Assembly: GCA_001775755.1 (NCBI GenBank)
Contig: MEYF01000018.1
Coordinates: forward strand, 892-54,742
Reading direction: 5' to 3'
Length of the DNA stretch: 53,851 nucleotides
DNA from: Candidatus Aminicenantes bacterium RBG_19FT_COMBO_65_30
GTDB taxonomy: Bacteria; Acidobacteriota; Aminicenantia; Aminicenantales; Saccharicenantaceae
Positions 18,464 through 27,053 of the stretch are shown one piece after another. The number at the start of each line of letters is the position of its first letter. The first letter of the stretch is position 1. The notes under the pieces were generated by a model that did no database searches, was not told the origin of the DNA, and worked only from the letters and a program-made list of their open reading frames with translations. Position numbers and translations under genes: made by a program.

Positions 18464-19147
18464 ATGGCCGACCAGTTCCGTGAAGCCGAGGCGACATTCA
18501 GCCTCCTGCGCGAAAAGTTCAGGGACAATAAGATCTCCCAGAGGGAGTTCGCCGACTCCCTGAAACAGCTCCGGATCAGGGACGATCAGGGCCGCTTCTG
18601 GGTGATCGGCGCGCAAAGCGGCAAATGGTACGCCTTCGAGAACGGCGAATGGGTCGAAGCCAAGCCTCCTTCCCAGATGGAGAGGAAGGCGATCTGCATC
18701 GCCTGCGGCTTCGAGAACGACCTCGAAGCCGAGTTCTGCGCCCGCTGCGGCAACCGGCACGACGAGGAAGCCCCCGAAACGCCAACGGCGGCGGACGAAG
18801 GCGGATTGTCCGCGCCGGACGAAGCGGCCCAGCCGCCGGCGGGCGGAGAGATCGTCATCCGCTCCGCCAACGTGATTTCGTTTTTCTGGTTCTTCGGCGT
18901 CCTGGGGCTGTTCGCGGGGATCCTCTTCGGCCTCCTCGCCGGCGTGACGAGCCTCTTCACCGGTTTCGTCGCCGGCCTGCCCGGCTTTTTTGTGGACCAC
19001 CAGGGTGACCTCCTGGGAGGGCTGGCGTTCTCCATTATCGGCGGGATCCTGGGCTTCGGCATCGGCGGGGCGGCGGGCGCGGCCATAGCCGCCGTTTCGA
19101 ACGGGATCCTGTCGCTCGTCGGCGGCCTCAGGTTCCGCCGGTCTTGA
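18464..19147 (+). CDS. Zinc-ribbon domain membrane protein
   Basis: CIACGFEN...FCARCG zinc ribbon; two Gly-rich C-terminal TM segments; AAGGAGG RBS. Confidence 0.8.
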   Translation: MADQFREAEATFSLLREKFRDNKISQREFADSLKQLRIRDDQGRFWVIGAQSGKWYAFENGEWVEAKPPSQMERKAICIACGFENDLEAEFCARCGNRHDEEAPETPTAADEGGLSAPDEAAQPPAGGEIVIRSANVISFFWFFGVLGLFAGILFGLLAGVTSLFTGFVAGLPGFFVDHQGDLLGGLAFSIIGGILGFGIGGAAGAAIAAVSNGILSLVGGLRFRRS

Positions 19148-21416
19148 CCCTGGCCAGGCCCCAGGCGATCTGGCCGAGCGACAGCGATTCGTCGTTGGGG
19201 GAGTAAGCCAGCGGCCGGAAAACGCGGAACCCCTTCGCGGCGAGCCGTCTCTCCGTCCTTTCGAGAAGCCGCCTGTTGAGGAAGACCCCTCCCGCGAGCG
19301 AAACATCCCCCGTCCCGTGTTCGCGCCGCGCGCGTTCGGCGACGCGGACAATGAGGCCGGCCAGGGAATCATGGAACTTGGCTGAAACCGCCGCAACGGG
19401 CGTTCCTTTTTCGATGTCGCGGACGAAGGAGCGAATGAGCGGCGCGAAGGATATCTCCACGGGCCGGCCCGGGCCCGGATCGGACAGGGCGATCGGGTAG
19501 GCGCCGCGGAAGGCCCCGTCGGCGGCGGCCTCGAAGCGCATGGCCGCCTCGGCCTCGAATTCCTGACGCTCGGGCGCCGTGCCGGCGAGGAACGAAGCGG
19601 CGTCGAAGAGCCGGCCGCAGCTCGAAGAGAGGGGGCTCCGGACGCCGCCGCGGATCATTCCGAGGACGGCGACCGCGCGCCGATTGCCGATCCTGTGGAA
19701 GGCGGCGAGGCCGGGGACGTCCGCGCCGAAGGCCCGGTCGAGGTAGGCCAGGGCCATCCGCCACGGCTCGCGTGCGGCCAGGTCGCCGCCGGGCAGGGGC
19801 ACGGGCTCGAACCTGGCGAAACGCTCGTAGCCGTCATAATCAGCCAGGAGAAATTCCCCGCCCCAGGCCGTCCCGTCCTGGCCGTAGCCGTAGCCGTCGA
19901 GGGCCACGCCGAGGACGCGGCGCTGCGGCACGTGCCCATGCTCAAGGAGCGGGGCGAGGACGTGGGCGAAGTGATGCGGAACGCGATGGTGGGGGATGCC
20001 CATCTTGGCCGCGTAGCGGGTCGTCCGGAAGTCGGGATGGAGGTCGGTGACGACGGCCGCCGGCCTGGCGTCGAAGAGGCGCAGGAGATGGGCCAGGGTC
20101 TCTTCGAAATAGCCGAAATTCCGGTAATCGTCGAGATCGCCCAGGAACTGGCTGGTGACGACGTAGCCGTTCTTGTAGAGGGAGATCGTGTCCTTGAGCT
20201 CGCCGCCGAGCGCGACGAGGACGGTGTCGGACCGGAGCGCTTCGGGAACGGACTGGGGGGTGGGGACGTAGCCCCGGGCGCGGCGGACGAAAAGAGGCCT
20301 CTTGTTGACGACCTTGACCACGGAGTCGTCGGCCCGCGTCGCGATCGGACGGTCGTGCGTCAGCACGGCGTCGCAGAGCTTCCGGATCCCCTCTTCCTCG
20401 TCCTTGATGATCGGGGCGTCCTTGGCGTTGGAGCTCGTGGCCACGACGAGCTCGAGGTGCTCGAGAAGAAGACGGTGGAGGGGCGTATAGGGCAGCATGA
20501 AGCCGACCTCGTCGAGGTTGGGCGCGATGAGCGGGATGTCCTTCTTTTTCCTGAGAAGAACGATCGGCCGGCGCGGCGAGAGGAGGAGCCGGCGCTCGGC
20601 CGGGCTTGCGTCGGCGAAGCGGCCGACGACGGCGACGTCCCGGGCCATGAGCGCCAGCGGCTTCGTTCGGCGGTCCTTCGTCCGGCGCAGCCGGGCGACG
20701 GCCTTCCGGTCGAAGGGGTCGCAGACGAGGTGGAAGCCGCCGAGCCCTTTCACGGCCAGGATCTTTCCCGCCCGGATGAGCTCGACGGCCTCGGGGATGT
20801 CGCCGCGGAGCTTGCGTCCGGTTCGCGCATCGAGGAGCGTCAGGCGCGGCCCGCAGGCCGGGCAGGCGATGGGCTGGGCGTGATGCCTGCGGTCGAGCGG
20901 ATCCTCGTACTCGCGGCGGCAGTCCGGGCACATGGGGAAGCCGGACATGGTCGTCCGCGGCCGGTCGTAAGGCAGGCCCCGGACGATGGTGTAGCGGGGG
21001 CCGCAGTTGGTGCAGTTGGTGAAGGCGTAGCGGTAGCGGCGCTCCCCGGGCGTTTCGATCTCCTCGAGGCAATCGGGGCACGTGGCGATGTCGGGGGAGA
21101 TGAAGACGAATCCCGCGGCGTCCCGGGTCTTCCGGATCTCGAAGCCCCGGCTGTTCTCGACCGGCGCGGGGCGCACGTCGAGCTTCTCGATGACGGCCAG
21201 GGGCGGCAGGCCCGCGCGCAGGGCGGCGGGGAATTTTTCGCGGACGACCGAGGGCGGCCCTTCGACGTGGATCTCGACGCCCGAGCCGGCGTTCTCGACC
21301 CAGCCGTCGAGCCCCAAGCCGCGGGCGAGGCGGTAGATGTAAGGGCGGAACCCGACTCCTTGGACGACGCCGAACACGGTCAGGCGCGCCGCGGCCTTGC
21401 GCGTTCTTGTCGTCAT
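19128..21416 (-). CDS. hypF: [NiFe]-hydrogenase maturation carbamoyltransferase HypF
   Basis: GVVQGVGFRP acylphosphatase domain, CxxC zinc fingers, KGLGGFHL, DLHPD, HHFAH, SSCGRLFD. Confidence 0.97.
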   Translation of the reverse strand: MTTRTRKAAARLTVFGVVQGVGFRPYIYRLARGLGLDGWVENAGSGVEIHVEGPPSVVREKFPAALRAGLPPLAVIEKLDVRPAPVENSRGFEIRKTRDAAGFVFISPDIATCPDCLEEIETPGERRYRYAFTNCTNCGPRYTIVRGLPYDRPRTTMSGFPMCPDCRREYEDPLDRRHHAQPIACPACGPRLTLLDARTGRKLRGDIPEAVELIRAGKILAVKGLGGFHLVCDPFDRKAVARLRRTKDRRTKPLALMARDVAVVGRFADASPAERRLLLSPRRPIVLLRKKKDIPLIAPNLDEVGFMLPYTPLHRLLLEHLELVVATSSNAKDAPIIKDEEEGIRKLCDAVLTHDRPIATRADDSVVKVVNKRPLFVRRARGYVPTPQSVPEALRSDTVLVALGGELKDTISLYKNGYVVTSQFLGDLDDYRNFGYFEETLAHLLRLFDARPAAVVTDLHPDFRTTRYAAKMGIPHHRVPHHFAHVLAPLLEHGHVPQRRVLGVALDGYGYGQDGTAWGGEFLLADYDGYERFARFEPVPLPGGDLAAREPWRMALAYLDRAFGADVPGLAAFHRIGNRRAVAVLGMIRGGVRSPLSSSCGRLFDAASFLAGTAPERQEFEAEAAMRFEAAADGAFRGAYPIALSDPGPGRPVEISFAPLIRSFVRDIEKGTPVAAVSAKFHDSLAGLIVRVAERARREHGTGDVSLAGGVFLNRRLLERTERRLAAKGFRVFRPLAYSPNDESLSLGQIAWGLARVKTGGT

Positions 21417-21429
21417 GGGTCCCGCCGCC

Positions 21430-21990
21430 TCACGATGAGGACCTTTTCCCGACGGCGGCCCGGCTGTAGAGACAGCCGCAGTAATCCTGCCGGTAGAGCC
21501 CGTGGGCCCGGCTGAGGTCGACGCTTTTCTTGAAGCCGTCCTTCTTCTTGAAGTCCGCTTCGAGGAAGGCGACGCCGTAACGGGCGGCGAATTGACGGCC
21601 GATGCGGTTCATGACGGCGGCCTTTTTCCAGGGGCTGAGGCTCATGACCGTGGCGTAGGCGTCGAACCCCTCGCCGGCCGCCCTCTCCGCCGTCCGGCGG
21701 AGCCTCGCGGCGTAGCAGACGTCGCAGCGACGCCCCTTCTCCGGCTCGTCCTTGAATTTCCTGGTCAGGGCGAACCAGCCGGCCGGGTCGTATTCGTCCT
21801 CGAGTAAGGGGACGCCGACGGTCCGGGCGACCTTGCGGGCCTCTTCGAGCCGGAGGTCGTACTCCTCGCGGGGATGAATGTTGGAGTTCGAGAAAAAGCC
21901 GGTCACTTCGTAAGCTTCCTTGAGGACGCCGAAGACGAACAGGGCGTCAGGCGCGCAGCAGACATGAACCAAAATGCTGGGTTTGGGCAC
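21430..21990 (-). CDS. queH: Epoxyqueuosine reductase QueH
   Basis: HVCCAPD, NIHP, RCDVC, LYRQDYCGC motifs. Confidence 0.95.
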   Translation of the reverse strand: MPKPSILVHVCCAPDALFVFGVLKEAYEVTGFFSNSNIHPREEYDLRLEEARKVARTVGVPLLEDEYDPAGWFALTRKFKDEPEKGRRCDVCYAARLRRTAERAAGEGFDAYATVMSLSPWKKAAVMNRIGRQFAARYGVAFLEADFKKKDGFKKSVDLSRAHGLYRQDYCGCLYSRAAVGKRSSS

Positions 21991-21996
21991 CCGACT

Positions 21997-22025
21997 ATTC
22001 TAGCTGTACTCTGAATTGGGGACAA
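21997..22025 (-). promoter_or_regulatory. Sigma-70 promoter of queH-hypF, probably leaderless
   Basis: TTGTCC-N17-TAGAAT-N6-GTG, no Shine-Dalgarno. Confidence 0.6.
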
Positions 22026-22062
22026 GTCAGCGCGGACATCCGCCGAATACGATCCCCTCGGC

Positions 22063-23091
22063 CTATTTTAAATGTTCGAGACGGTCCTCGAGGTCGGCGA
22101 TCGTCTTGTTCACGCCGTCGATCTGAAAGTAGACGACGGCCAAGTCCTCATGGCCGATCCGCGCCTCGTCGAGGATGCGGCCGACATTCTTGAACAACGG
22201 CTCCATGAGCCGCTTGACATCGACGATCTTGTCCTGAATGAGCGCCTTCGCCTTCTGCCACTCCCGGATCTCCTTTTCCCGGACCTGGAGGCGCTCGCGG
22301 TACTCCTCCTCGATCCGGTGGATGGCGGCGTTGAAGACGCGCACTCGGCCCTCGACCTCTTCAAGGCGGCGCTCCAGCCGGTAGCGCTCCTCCTGGAGGA
22401 GGGGCGCCTTCTCCCGGAGGGCGCGGACGAGGCCGGCCAGGGAGGCCGCCTTGTCCCGGGCCTTGTCCAGCCGGGCCGTCCTGTCGGCTTCATTGAGTTT
22501 TGGATTCTCCTCGGCGTTACGGACGTCCTTTTCGACCGCCCTGACCTGGGCTTCGGCGGCCTCGGCTTCGCGAAGCGATGCTTCCAGGGGGTCGAGAATT
22601 TCCTTCTTCTTGTTGGCTAGGGCGAGCATCTCCTCCTGGTGCGGCCGCCGGGCCTCTTCCTGTTCGCTGACGAGGGCCCGGAACCGCTCAAGCGCCGCCT
22701 CGTGTTCGCGGCCGAGGACCTCGATCCGCGAAAAGACGTCGTGCCACGTCTTCTGGTGACGGCCGATCTCCTGCTCAAGGCCGGAAAGCTTGCCGCATTC
22801 CTCTTCGATGCAGGGCGCCCGCACGTCCTCTTTCCAGGCGAGCTTGCCGAGCTCCCTCCAGAGCCCGGCCTTCTTCTCATTTTCCTTCTTCAGCTTGACC
22901 TGGAGGCGGAGGCGGAGCATGTGGCGGCGGGCTCCCGACAGGAACGCGCTGATCCTGCGGCGGAGGTCCTTGTCCCGAAGGAAGATGAAAACGATGAGGA
23001 GCAGGATAACGCAGAGAAGGAACCAGAGCAGCCAGAAGGGGAGGCCCTCGGGAACGCCTGAAGGTGGCTGGGTCTGGAGGGTCGCGTCCAC
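22063..23091 (-). CDS. Membrane-anchored long coiled-coil hypothetical protein
   Basis: One N-terminal TM (FWLLWFLLCVILLLIVFIFL) then about 290 aa E/K/R/L-rich heptads; GTG start inferred from promoter position. Confidence 0.75.
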   Translation of the reverse strand: MDATLQTQPPSGVPEGLPFWLLWFLLCVILLLIVFIFLRDKDLRRRISAFLSGARRHMLRLRLQVKLKKENEKKAGLWRELGKLAWKEDVRAPCIEEECGKLSGLEQEIGRHQKTWHDVFSRIEVLGREHEAALERFRALVSEQEEARRPHQEEMLALANKKKEILDPLEASLREAEAAEAQVRAVEKDVRNAEENPKLNEADRTARLDKARDKAASLAGLVRALREKAPLLQEERYRLERRLEEVEGRVRVFNAAIHRIEEEYRERLQVREKEIREWQKAKALIQDKIVDVKRLMEPLFKNVGRILDEARIGHEDLAVVYFQIDGVNKTIADLEDRLEHLK

Positions 23092-23130
23092 GCCCCAATT
23101 ATGGCACAAGGGCGGCCTTGCGGACAATCC

Positions 23131-23231
23131 AGAAGGGGTCAAACCTTAATTCTTATACTTTTTAGGTTCTTAATCTCTGCCCGCACGGAGATTAGGTTTA
23201 AAAGTATAAGAATTAAGGTTTGACCCCTTCT
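23131..23231. repeat. 101-bp palindromic element (MITE/REPIN-like)
   Basis: Perfect 32-bp inverted arms AGAAGGGGTCAAACCTTAATTCTTATACTTTT (23131-23162 and 23200-23231) plus inner TAATCTC/GAGATTA pairing. Confidence 0.85.
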
Positions 23232-23734
23232 TATTCATATTGCCGGAAAAGGCGGATGAGCGTCGCCTTGTCCATGAGGCTGGACTGGCGGTAGCGGATG
23301 CGACCTTGGCGGTCGACGATGATCGTAGCCGGGATGAACTCGCCCGGCTCGTAGTCCTGGACGATCTCCGGCGTAGCCAGGGCGACCGGATAATTAATCC
23401 CTACCTTCTGGGTCCACTCGAGGAGAGCCGACGCCGATGCGTCGTCGACCGAAACGCCGAGGATCTCCAGGCCCTTGTCCTTGAGCTCCTTGTAGGCCTC
23501 GATGAAGTCGGGGATCTCCCGGCGGCAGGGAGGGCACCAGGTCGCCCAGAAGTTGAGGACCAGGACCTTGCCTTTATACGAGGACAAGGACAGGGAGTTG
23601 CCCTGGAGGTCTTTGAGCGAGAAATCCGGGGCCGGGACGGCTTCCGCTTCCGTCTTGGCCTGGGCGCAGGCGATCCCGGTCACCGCGAGCGTGAACATCG
23701 TCAGTGCCGAAGCGGCGGCAAGAAGTCTCTTCAT
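23231..23734 (-). CDS. TlpA/ResA-family thiol:disulfide oxidoreductase
   Basis: APDFSL, NFWATWCPPC, cis-Pro IPAT; signal/lipoprotein-like N-terminus. Confidence 0.93.
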   Translation of the reverse strand: MKRLLAAASALTMFTLAVTGIACAQAKTEAEAVPAPDFSLKDLQGNSLSLSSYKGKVLVLNFWATWCPPCRREIPDFIEAYKELKDKGLEILGVSVDDASASALLEWTQKVGINYPVALATPEIVQDYEPGEFIPATIIVDRQGRIRYRQSSLMDKATLIRLFRQYE

Positions 23735-23812
23735 CGGTATCTCCTCGATCTGCGGTCAACCGCCAAAATCTGACAAATACGATATAAATTATAGTGAAAA
23801 AAGGGGGGAAAG

Positions 23813-23951
23813 AGAAGGGGTCAAACCTACTTTTTACGCCCTTAACAACACCATTCAGATATCTCCCAGAAGTCCGGCTCCGAACCACTCCGCCGCACTT
23901 CTGTTGGTCGCTCCTCAGAATCCGCTCCCCGCCGTAGGTTTGACCCCTTCT
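23813..23951. repeat. 139-bp element with 18-bp terminal inverted repeats
   Basis: AGAAGGGGTCAAACCTAC (23813-23830) and GTAGGTTTGACCCCTTCT (23934-23951); same end sequence as 23131-23231. Confidence 0.8.
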
Positions 23952-23955
23952 TATC

Positions 23956-24849
23956 TTAGACGGAGAGTTTGAGGAGGCGCTCCCAGCGGGCGTCGACCTC
24001 GGCCTGGATGGAGCCGATTTGCTCATCGGTCAGGTGCCGGAACCGGCCCTGGATCCGGACGTAGTCGTTGACCGGCTTCTTGTCCTTGAGCTTCAGGTTC
24101 AGCGTGTACTTTTCGCCGTCCTCGATCTCGAGGAGCGGGAAGTAGGCGTTCTGGACGGCCATCCTGGCCAGCTTGACGGTGTCCTCGGGCCGGCTCTTCC
24201 AGCCGGTCGGGCACGGGGCGTAAACGTGGAAGAACCGCGTTCCCTTAATGTCCTTGGCCTTCTTCATCTTCTTGAAGAAATCCTCGGGATGCGAGACGCT
24301 GGCCGTGGCGATGTACGGGACGCGGTGCGCGGCCAGGATGGCGACGATATCCTTTTTCGGCTGGGTCTTGAAATGCTTGACCGGGGTCGTCGTCGTCCAG
24401 GCGCCGTAGGGCGTCGCCGACGAGCGCTGGATGCCCGTGTTCATGTAGGCTTCGTTGTCGTAACAGACGTAGATGATGTCATCGTTCCGCTCGGCCGCCC
24501 CGGACAGGGCCTGGAGGCCGATGTCGAAGGTGCCGCCGTCCCCGGCCCAGGCCACGACCGTCGTTTCCGCATCTCCCGTCATCTCCAGCCCGGCCTTGAC
24601 GCCCGTCGCCGTGGAGGCGGCGGTCTCGAAGGCGCAGTGATAGATGGGGACGTCCAGGGAGGAATAGGGATATGGCCCGTCGATGACCGCCCAGCAGCAG
24701 GCGGGGATGCAGAGCACGGTCTTCTGGCCGAGGGCCTTGAGCATGTAGCGCATGGCCAGCGCCGCGCCGCAGCCCTGGCAGGCCAGGTGGCCGCAGGCCA
24801 TCAGCTCTTCGGCCGGAAGGGTCAGGGTCATCTTCTTATCTTTTTTCAT
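23956..24849 (-). CDS. porB: Pyruvate/2-ketoisovalerate:ferredoxin oxidoreductase beta subunit
   Basis: GHLACQGCG, GDGG...YDNEAYMNTGIQRS TPP-binding motif, APCPTGW; substrate specificity not determinable. Confidence 0.9.
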   Translation of the reverse strand: MKKDKKMTLTLPAEELMACGHLACQGCGAALAMRYMLKALGQKTVLCIPACCWAVIDGPYPYSSLDVPIYHCAFETAASTATGVKAGLEMTGDAETTVVAWAGDGGTFDIGLQALSGAAERNDDIIYVCYDNEAYMNTGIQRSSATPYGAWTTTTPVKHFKTQPKKDIVAILAAHRVPYIATASVSHPEDFFKKMKKAKDIKGTRFFHVYAPCPTGWKSRPEDTVKLARMAVQNAYFPLLEIEDGEKYTLNLKLKDKKPVNDYVRIQGRFRHLTDEQIGSIQAEVDARWERLLKLSV

Positions 24850-26000
24850 TTCTTGACTCCGATCCAGACGATCTCTTCGTCCGCTCGATCCTTGGCCAGG
24901 GCGTGGGCGGCGACTTCCTTGAATGAGTCCGTGGTGATGTCGCGCCCGCCGAGCCCGGCGATGTAGCCGAAGACGGGCGGTGTCCCGGGCTCGCCGTAGA
25001 GGGCGGATTTCACTTCCTGGAAGAAGATGCCGTGGGCGCCATAGGAGCAGTTCCGGTCGACGACGGCCGCCTTCTTGACCTTCTTGAGGATCTCGCGGAC
25101 CTTGGCGAACGGGAAGGGGCGGAAGACCTTGATCCGCAAGTTCCCGGCCTTGACGCCGGACCGGCGGAGCTCGTCGACGGCGACGCGGGCCGTGAAGCCC
25201 GCCGTCCCCGAGGTGACGAAGACGAACTCGGCGTCGTCGCATTTGTAGGCGTCGACGAGGCCGAGGTTGCGGCCGAACATCTTCTCGAACTCGCGGCCCG
25301 TCTCCTCGATCAGGGCCGGCGCCTTCTCCATGTCCTTCTGGAGCTTGTAGCGGAGCTCCATGTAGTGCTCCGCGCCGGTCAGGCCGCCGAAGGCCCGGGG
25401 GTCGTTCGGCGTCAGCCGGATCTCGGGTTTGAACGGCGGCAGGTACTTGTCGACCGCGGCCTGGTCCGGGACGTCGACGACCTCGTAGGTGTGGGACAGG
25501 GCGAAGGCGTCCAGGACGACCATGCCCGGGATCATCAGCGCCTCGGAGACCTTGAAGGCCTGGATGACCGTGTCCAGGACTTCCTGGTTCGAGGCGCAGT
25601 AATACTGCATCCAGCCCGTGTCCCGTTCGGACAGGCTGTCGTTCTGGTCGGTCCAGATCGACCAGCCCGGGGCCATGGACCGGTTGATGTTGCCCATGAC
25701 GACGGGGTGGCGCCCGCCCGAGGCCCAGTGGAGCATCTCGTGCATCAAGGCCAGCCCCTGGGCCGAGGTCGCGGTGAACGTCCGCGCCCCGGCGACCGAG
25801 GCGCCGATGCACGCGGCCATGGCCGAATGCTCGGACTCGACCTTGATGAACCGGGCGTCGAGCGTCCCGTCGGCGCACATCTCCGACAGGAGCTCGACGA
25901 CCTGGGTCTGCGGCGTGATGGGATAGGCGGCGATGACCTGCGAGCGGGAAAGCATGGCGCCGTAGGACAGCGCGTGGTTGCCCATCATGACTTTCTTCAT
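24846..26000 (-). CDS. porA: Pyruvate/2-ketoisovalerate:ferredoxin oxidoreductase alpha subunit
   Basis: AYPITPQT, VESEHSA, TATSAQGL, GLGGRD. Confidence 0.92.
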   Translation of the reverse strand: MKKVMMGNHALSYGAMLSRSQVIAAYPITPQTQVVELLSEMCADGTLDARFIKVESEHSAMAACIGASVAGARTFTATSAQGLALMHEMLHWASGGRHPVVMGNINRSMAPGWSIWTDQNDSLSERDTGWMQYYCASNQEVLDTVIQAFKVSEALMIPGMVVLDAFALSHTYEVVDVPDQAAVDKYLPPFKPEIRLTPNDPRAFGGLTGAEHYMELRYKLQKDMEKAPALIEETGREFEKMFGRNLGLVDAYKCDDAEFVFVTSGTAGFTARVAVDELRRSGVKAGNLRIKVFRPFPFAKVREILKKVKKAAVVDRNCSYGAHGIFFQEVKSALYGEPGTPPVFGYIAGLGGRDITTDSFKEVAAHALAKDRADEEIVWIGVKK

Positions 26001-26293
26001 CTCCGCTCCTCCACCATGACGATGCACTTCGCCGGGCATTCCTCGGCGCAGATGCCGCAGCCCTTGCAGTAGTCGTAGTCGACGACGGGCCATTCGTCGA
26101 CGATGTCGATCGACGGCTCGGGGCAGAACTTCCAGCAGATGCCGCACTTGAGGCACTTCCCAAGGTCGATCTCGGGGCGGATGTTCCGCCAGGCGCCCGT
26201 CAGGTTGTGGGTCTGGCTGCCAACGGACGCGATCATCAGCGGCATCTCCTCGGCCGAGTTGAAGACGATCTTTTTGGCTTTCTTTTCCCTCAT
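25997..26293 (-). CDS. porD: 2-oxoacid:ferredoxin oxidoreductase delta subunit
   Basis: TGAWR..RP, CLKCGICWKFCP, YCKGCGICAEECP. Confidence 0.92.
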   Translation of the reverse strand: MREKKAKKIVFNSAEEMPLMIASVGSQTHNLTGAWRNIRPEIDLGKCLKCGICWKFCPEPSIDIVDEWPVVDYDYCKGCGICAEECPAKCIVMVEERR

Positions 26294-26305
26294 GTGATCT
26301 CTCCC

Positions 26306-26848
26306 TCAGGCCAACTCGTAGGCCTCTTGGGCCGCCTTGACGTTGTCCTCCGGTTTGATGGAGATGTCCTCACGGATGGCCGCGGCCAGGGACTCGAGCT
26401 TGGTCAGGCCGAGGACCTTGATGACGGCGCCGGCGATGGCCGTGTTGACGATCGGGGCGGCCAGCGTTCCCAGCCTGTTCTTGACGGCGATCTCCGTGGC
26501 GTTGATCGTCCGGACCTTGAACTTGCCGTGGAAGGGGAAGGCCTCGGGCCGCCGGTCGCTGTTGATGATGATCGTCCCGCCCGGCTTGAGGCCGTCCGTG
26601 ATGTCGATGGCCTCGACGAGCGTCGGGTCGACAACGACGACGCTGTCGGGCGTGTAGATCCGGCTCTTATCGTAAATCGGCTTGTCGTCGATGCGGATGA
26701 AAGCGACGACGGGGGAGCCCCGCCGCTCGACGCCGAACTCGGGGTAGGCTTGGACCCAATTGCCCTCCTTGGCGATGGCGTCGGCCAGGATCTTGGAGGC
26801 GACGACGGTGCCCTGGCCGCCGCGGCCGTGGAAACGGATTTCGACCAT
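26306..26848 (-). CDS. porC: 2-oxoacid:ferredoxin oxidoreductase gamma subunit
   Basis: EIRFHGRGGQG, FGVERRG motifs. Confidence 0.92.
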   Translation of the reverse strand: MVEIRFHGRGGQGTVVASKILADAIAKEGNWVQAYPEFGVERRGSPVVAFIRIDDKPIYDKSRIYTPDSVVVVDPTLVEAIDITDGLKPGGTIIINSDRRPEAFPFHGKFKVRTINATEIAVKNRLGTLAAPIVNTAIAGAVIKVLGLTKLESLAAAIREDISIKPEDNVKAAQEAYELA

Positions 26849-26881
26849 GTGCCTCTCCTTAGCGATTTTGGATGAAGCGCT

Positions 26882-26910
26882 ATTATATGCCCGGGGCGAA
26901 TCAGGGTCAA
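26882..26910 (-). promoter_or_regulatory. Sigma-70 promoter of the por operon
   Basis: TTGACC-N17-TATAAT on minus strand. Confidence 0.7.
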
Positions 26911-26966
26911 ACCAACAAATCGGCCCACAGCGAACCAGTAGCGAAGAGTAATTCAGGATTTGTTTA

Positions 26967-27044
26967 AGATATTTACCAGAATAGCGGCTTCGAGCCGCTC
27001 CGCCGCTATTCTGCCGGTCGCTCCCAAGAGTCCGCTCCCTGCCG
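26967..27044. repeat. Second copy of 78-nt structured intergenic repeat (first copy 23857-23934)
   Basis: Ungapped manual alignment 62/78 identical; stem CAGAATAGCGGC/GCCGCTATTCTG. Confidence 0.8.
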
Positions 27045-27053
27045 GCCGGGGAG

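Noticed and set aside
23131-23951. Possible CRISPR array or composite transposon around tlpA
   Set aside because: Repeats are inverted pairs without regular spacers; no cas or transposase genes; no target-site duplication identified.
23956-26163. 735-aa ORF suggesting a long porB fusion
   Set aside because: The upstream part is an off-frame overlap of porA; the true start is MKKDKK at 24849 with ATGA coupling.
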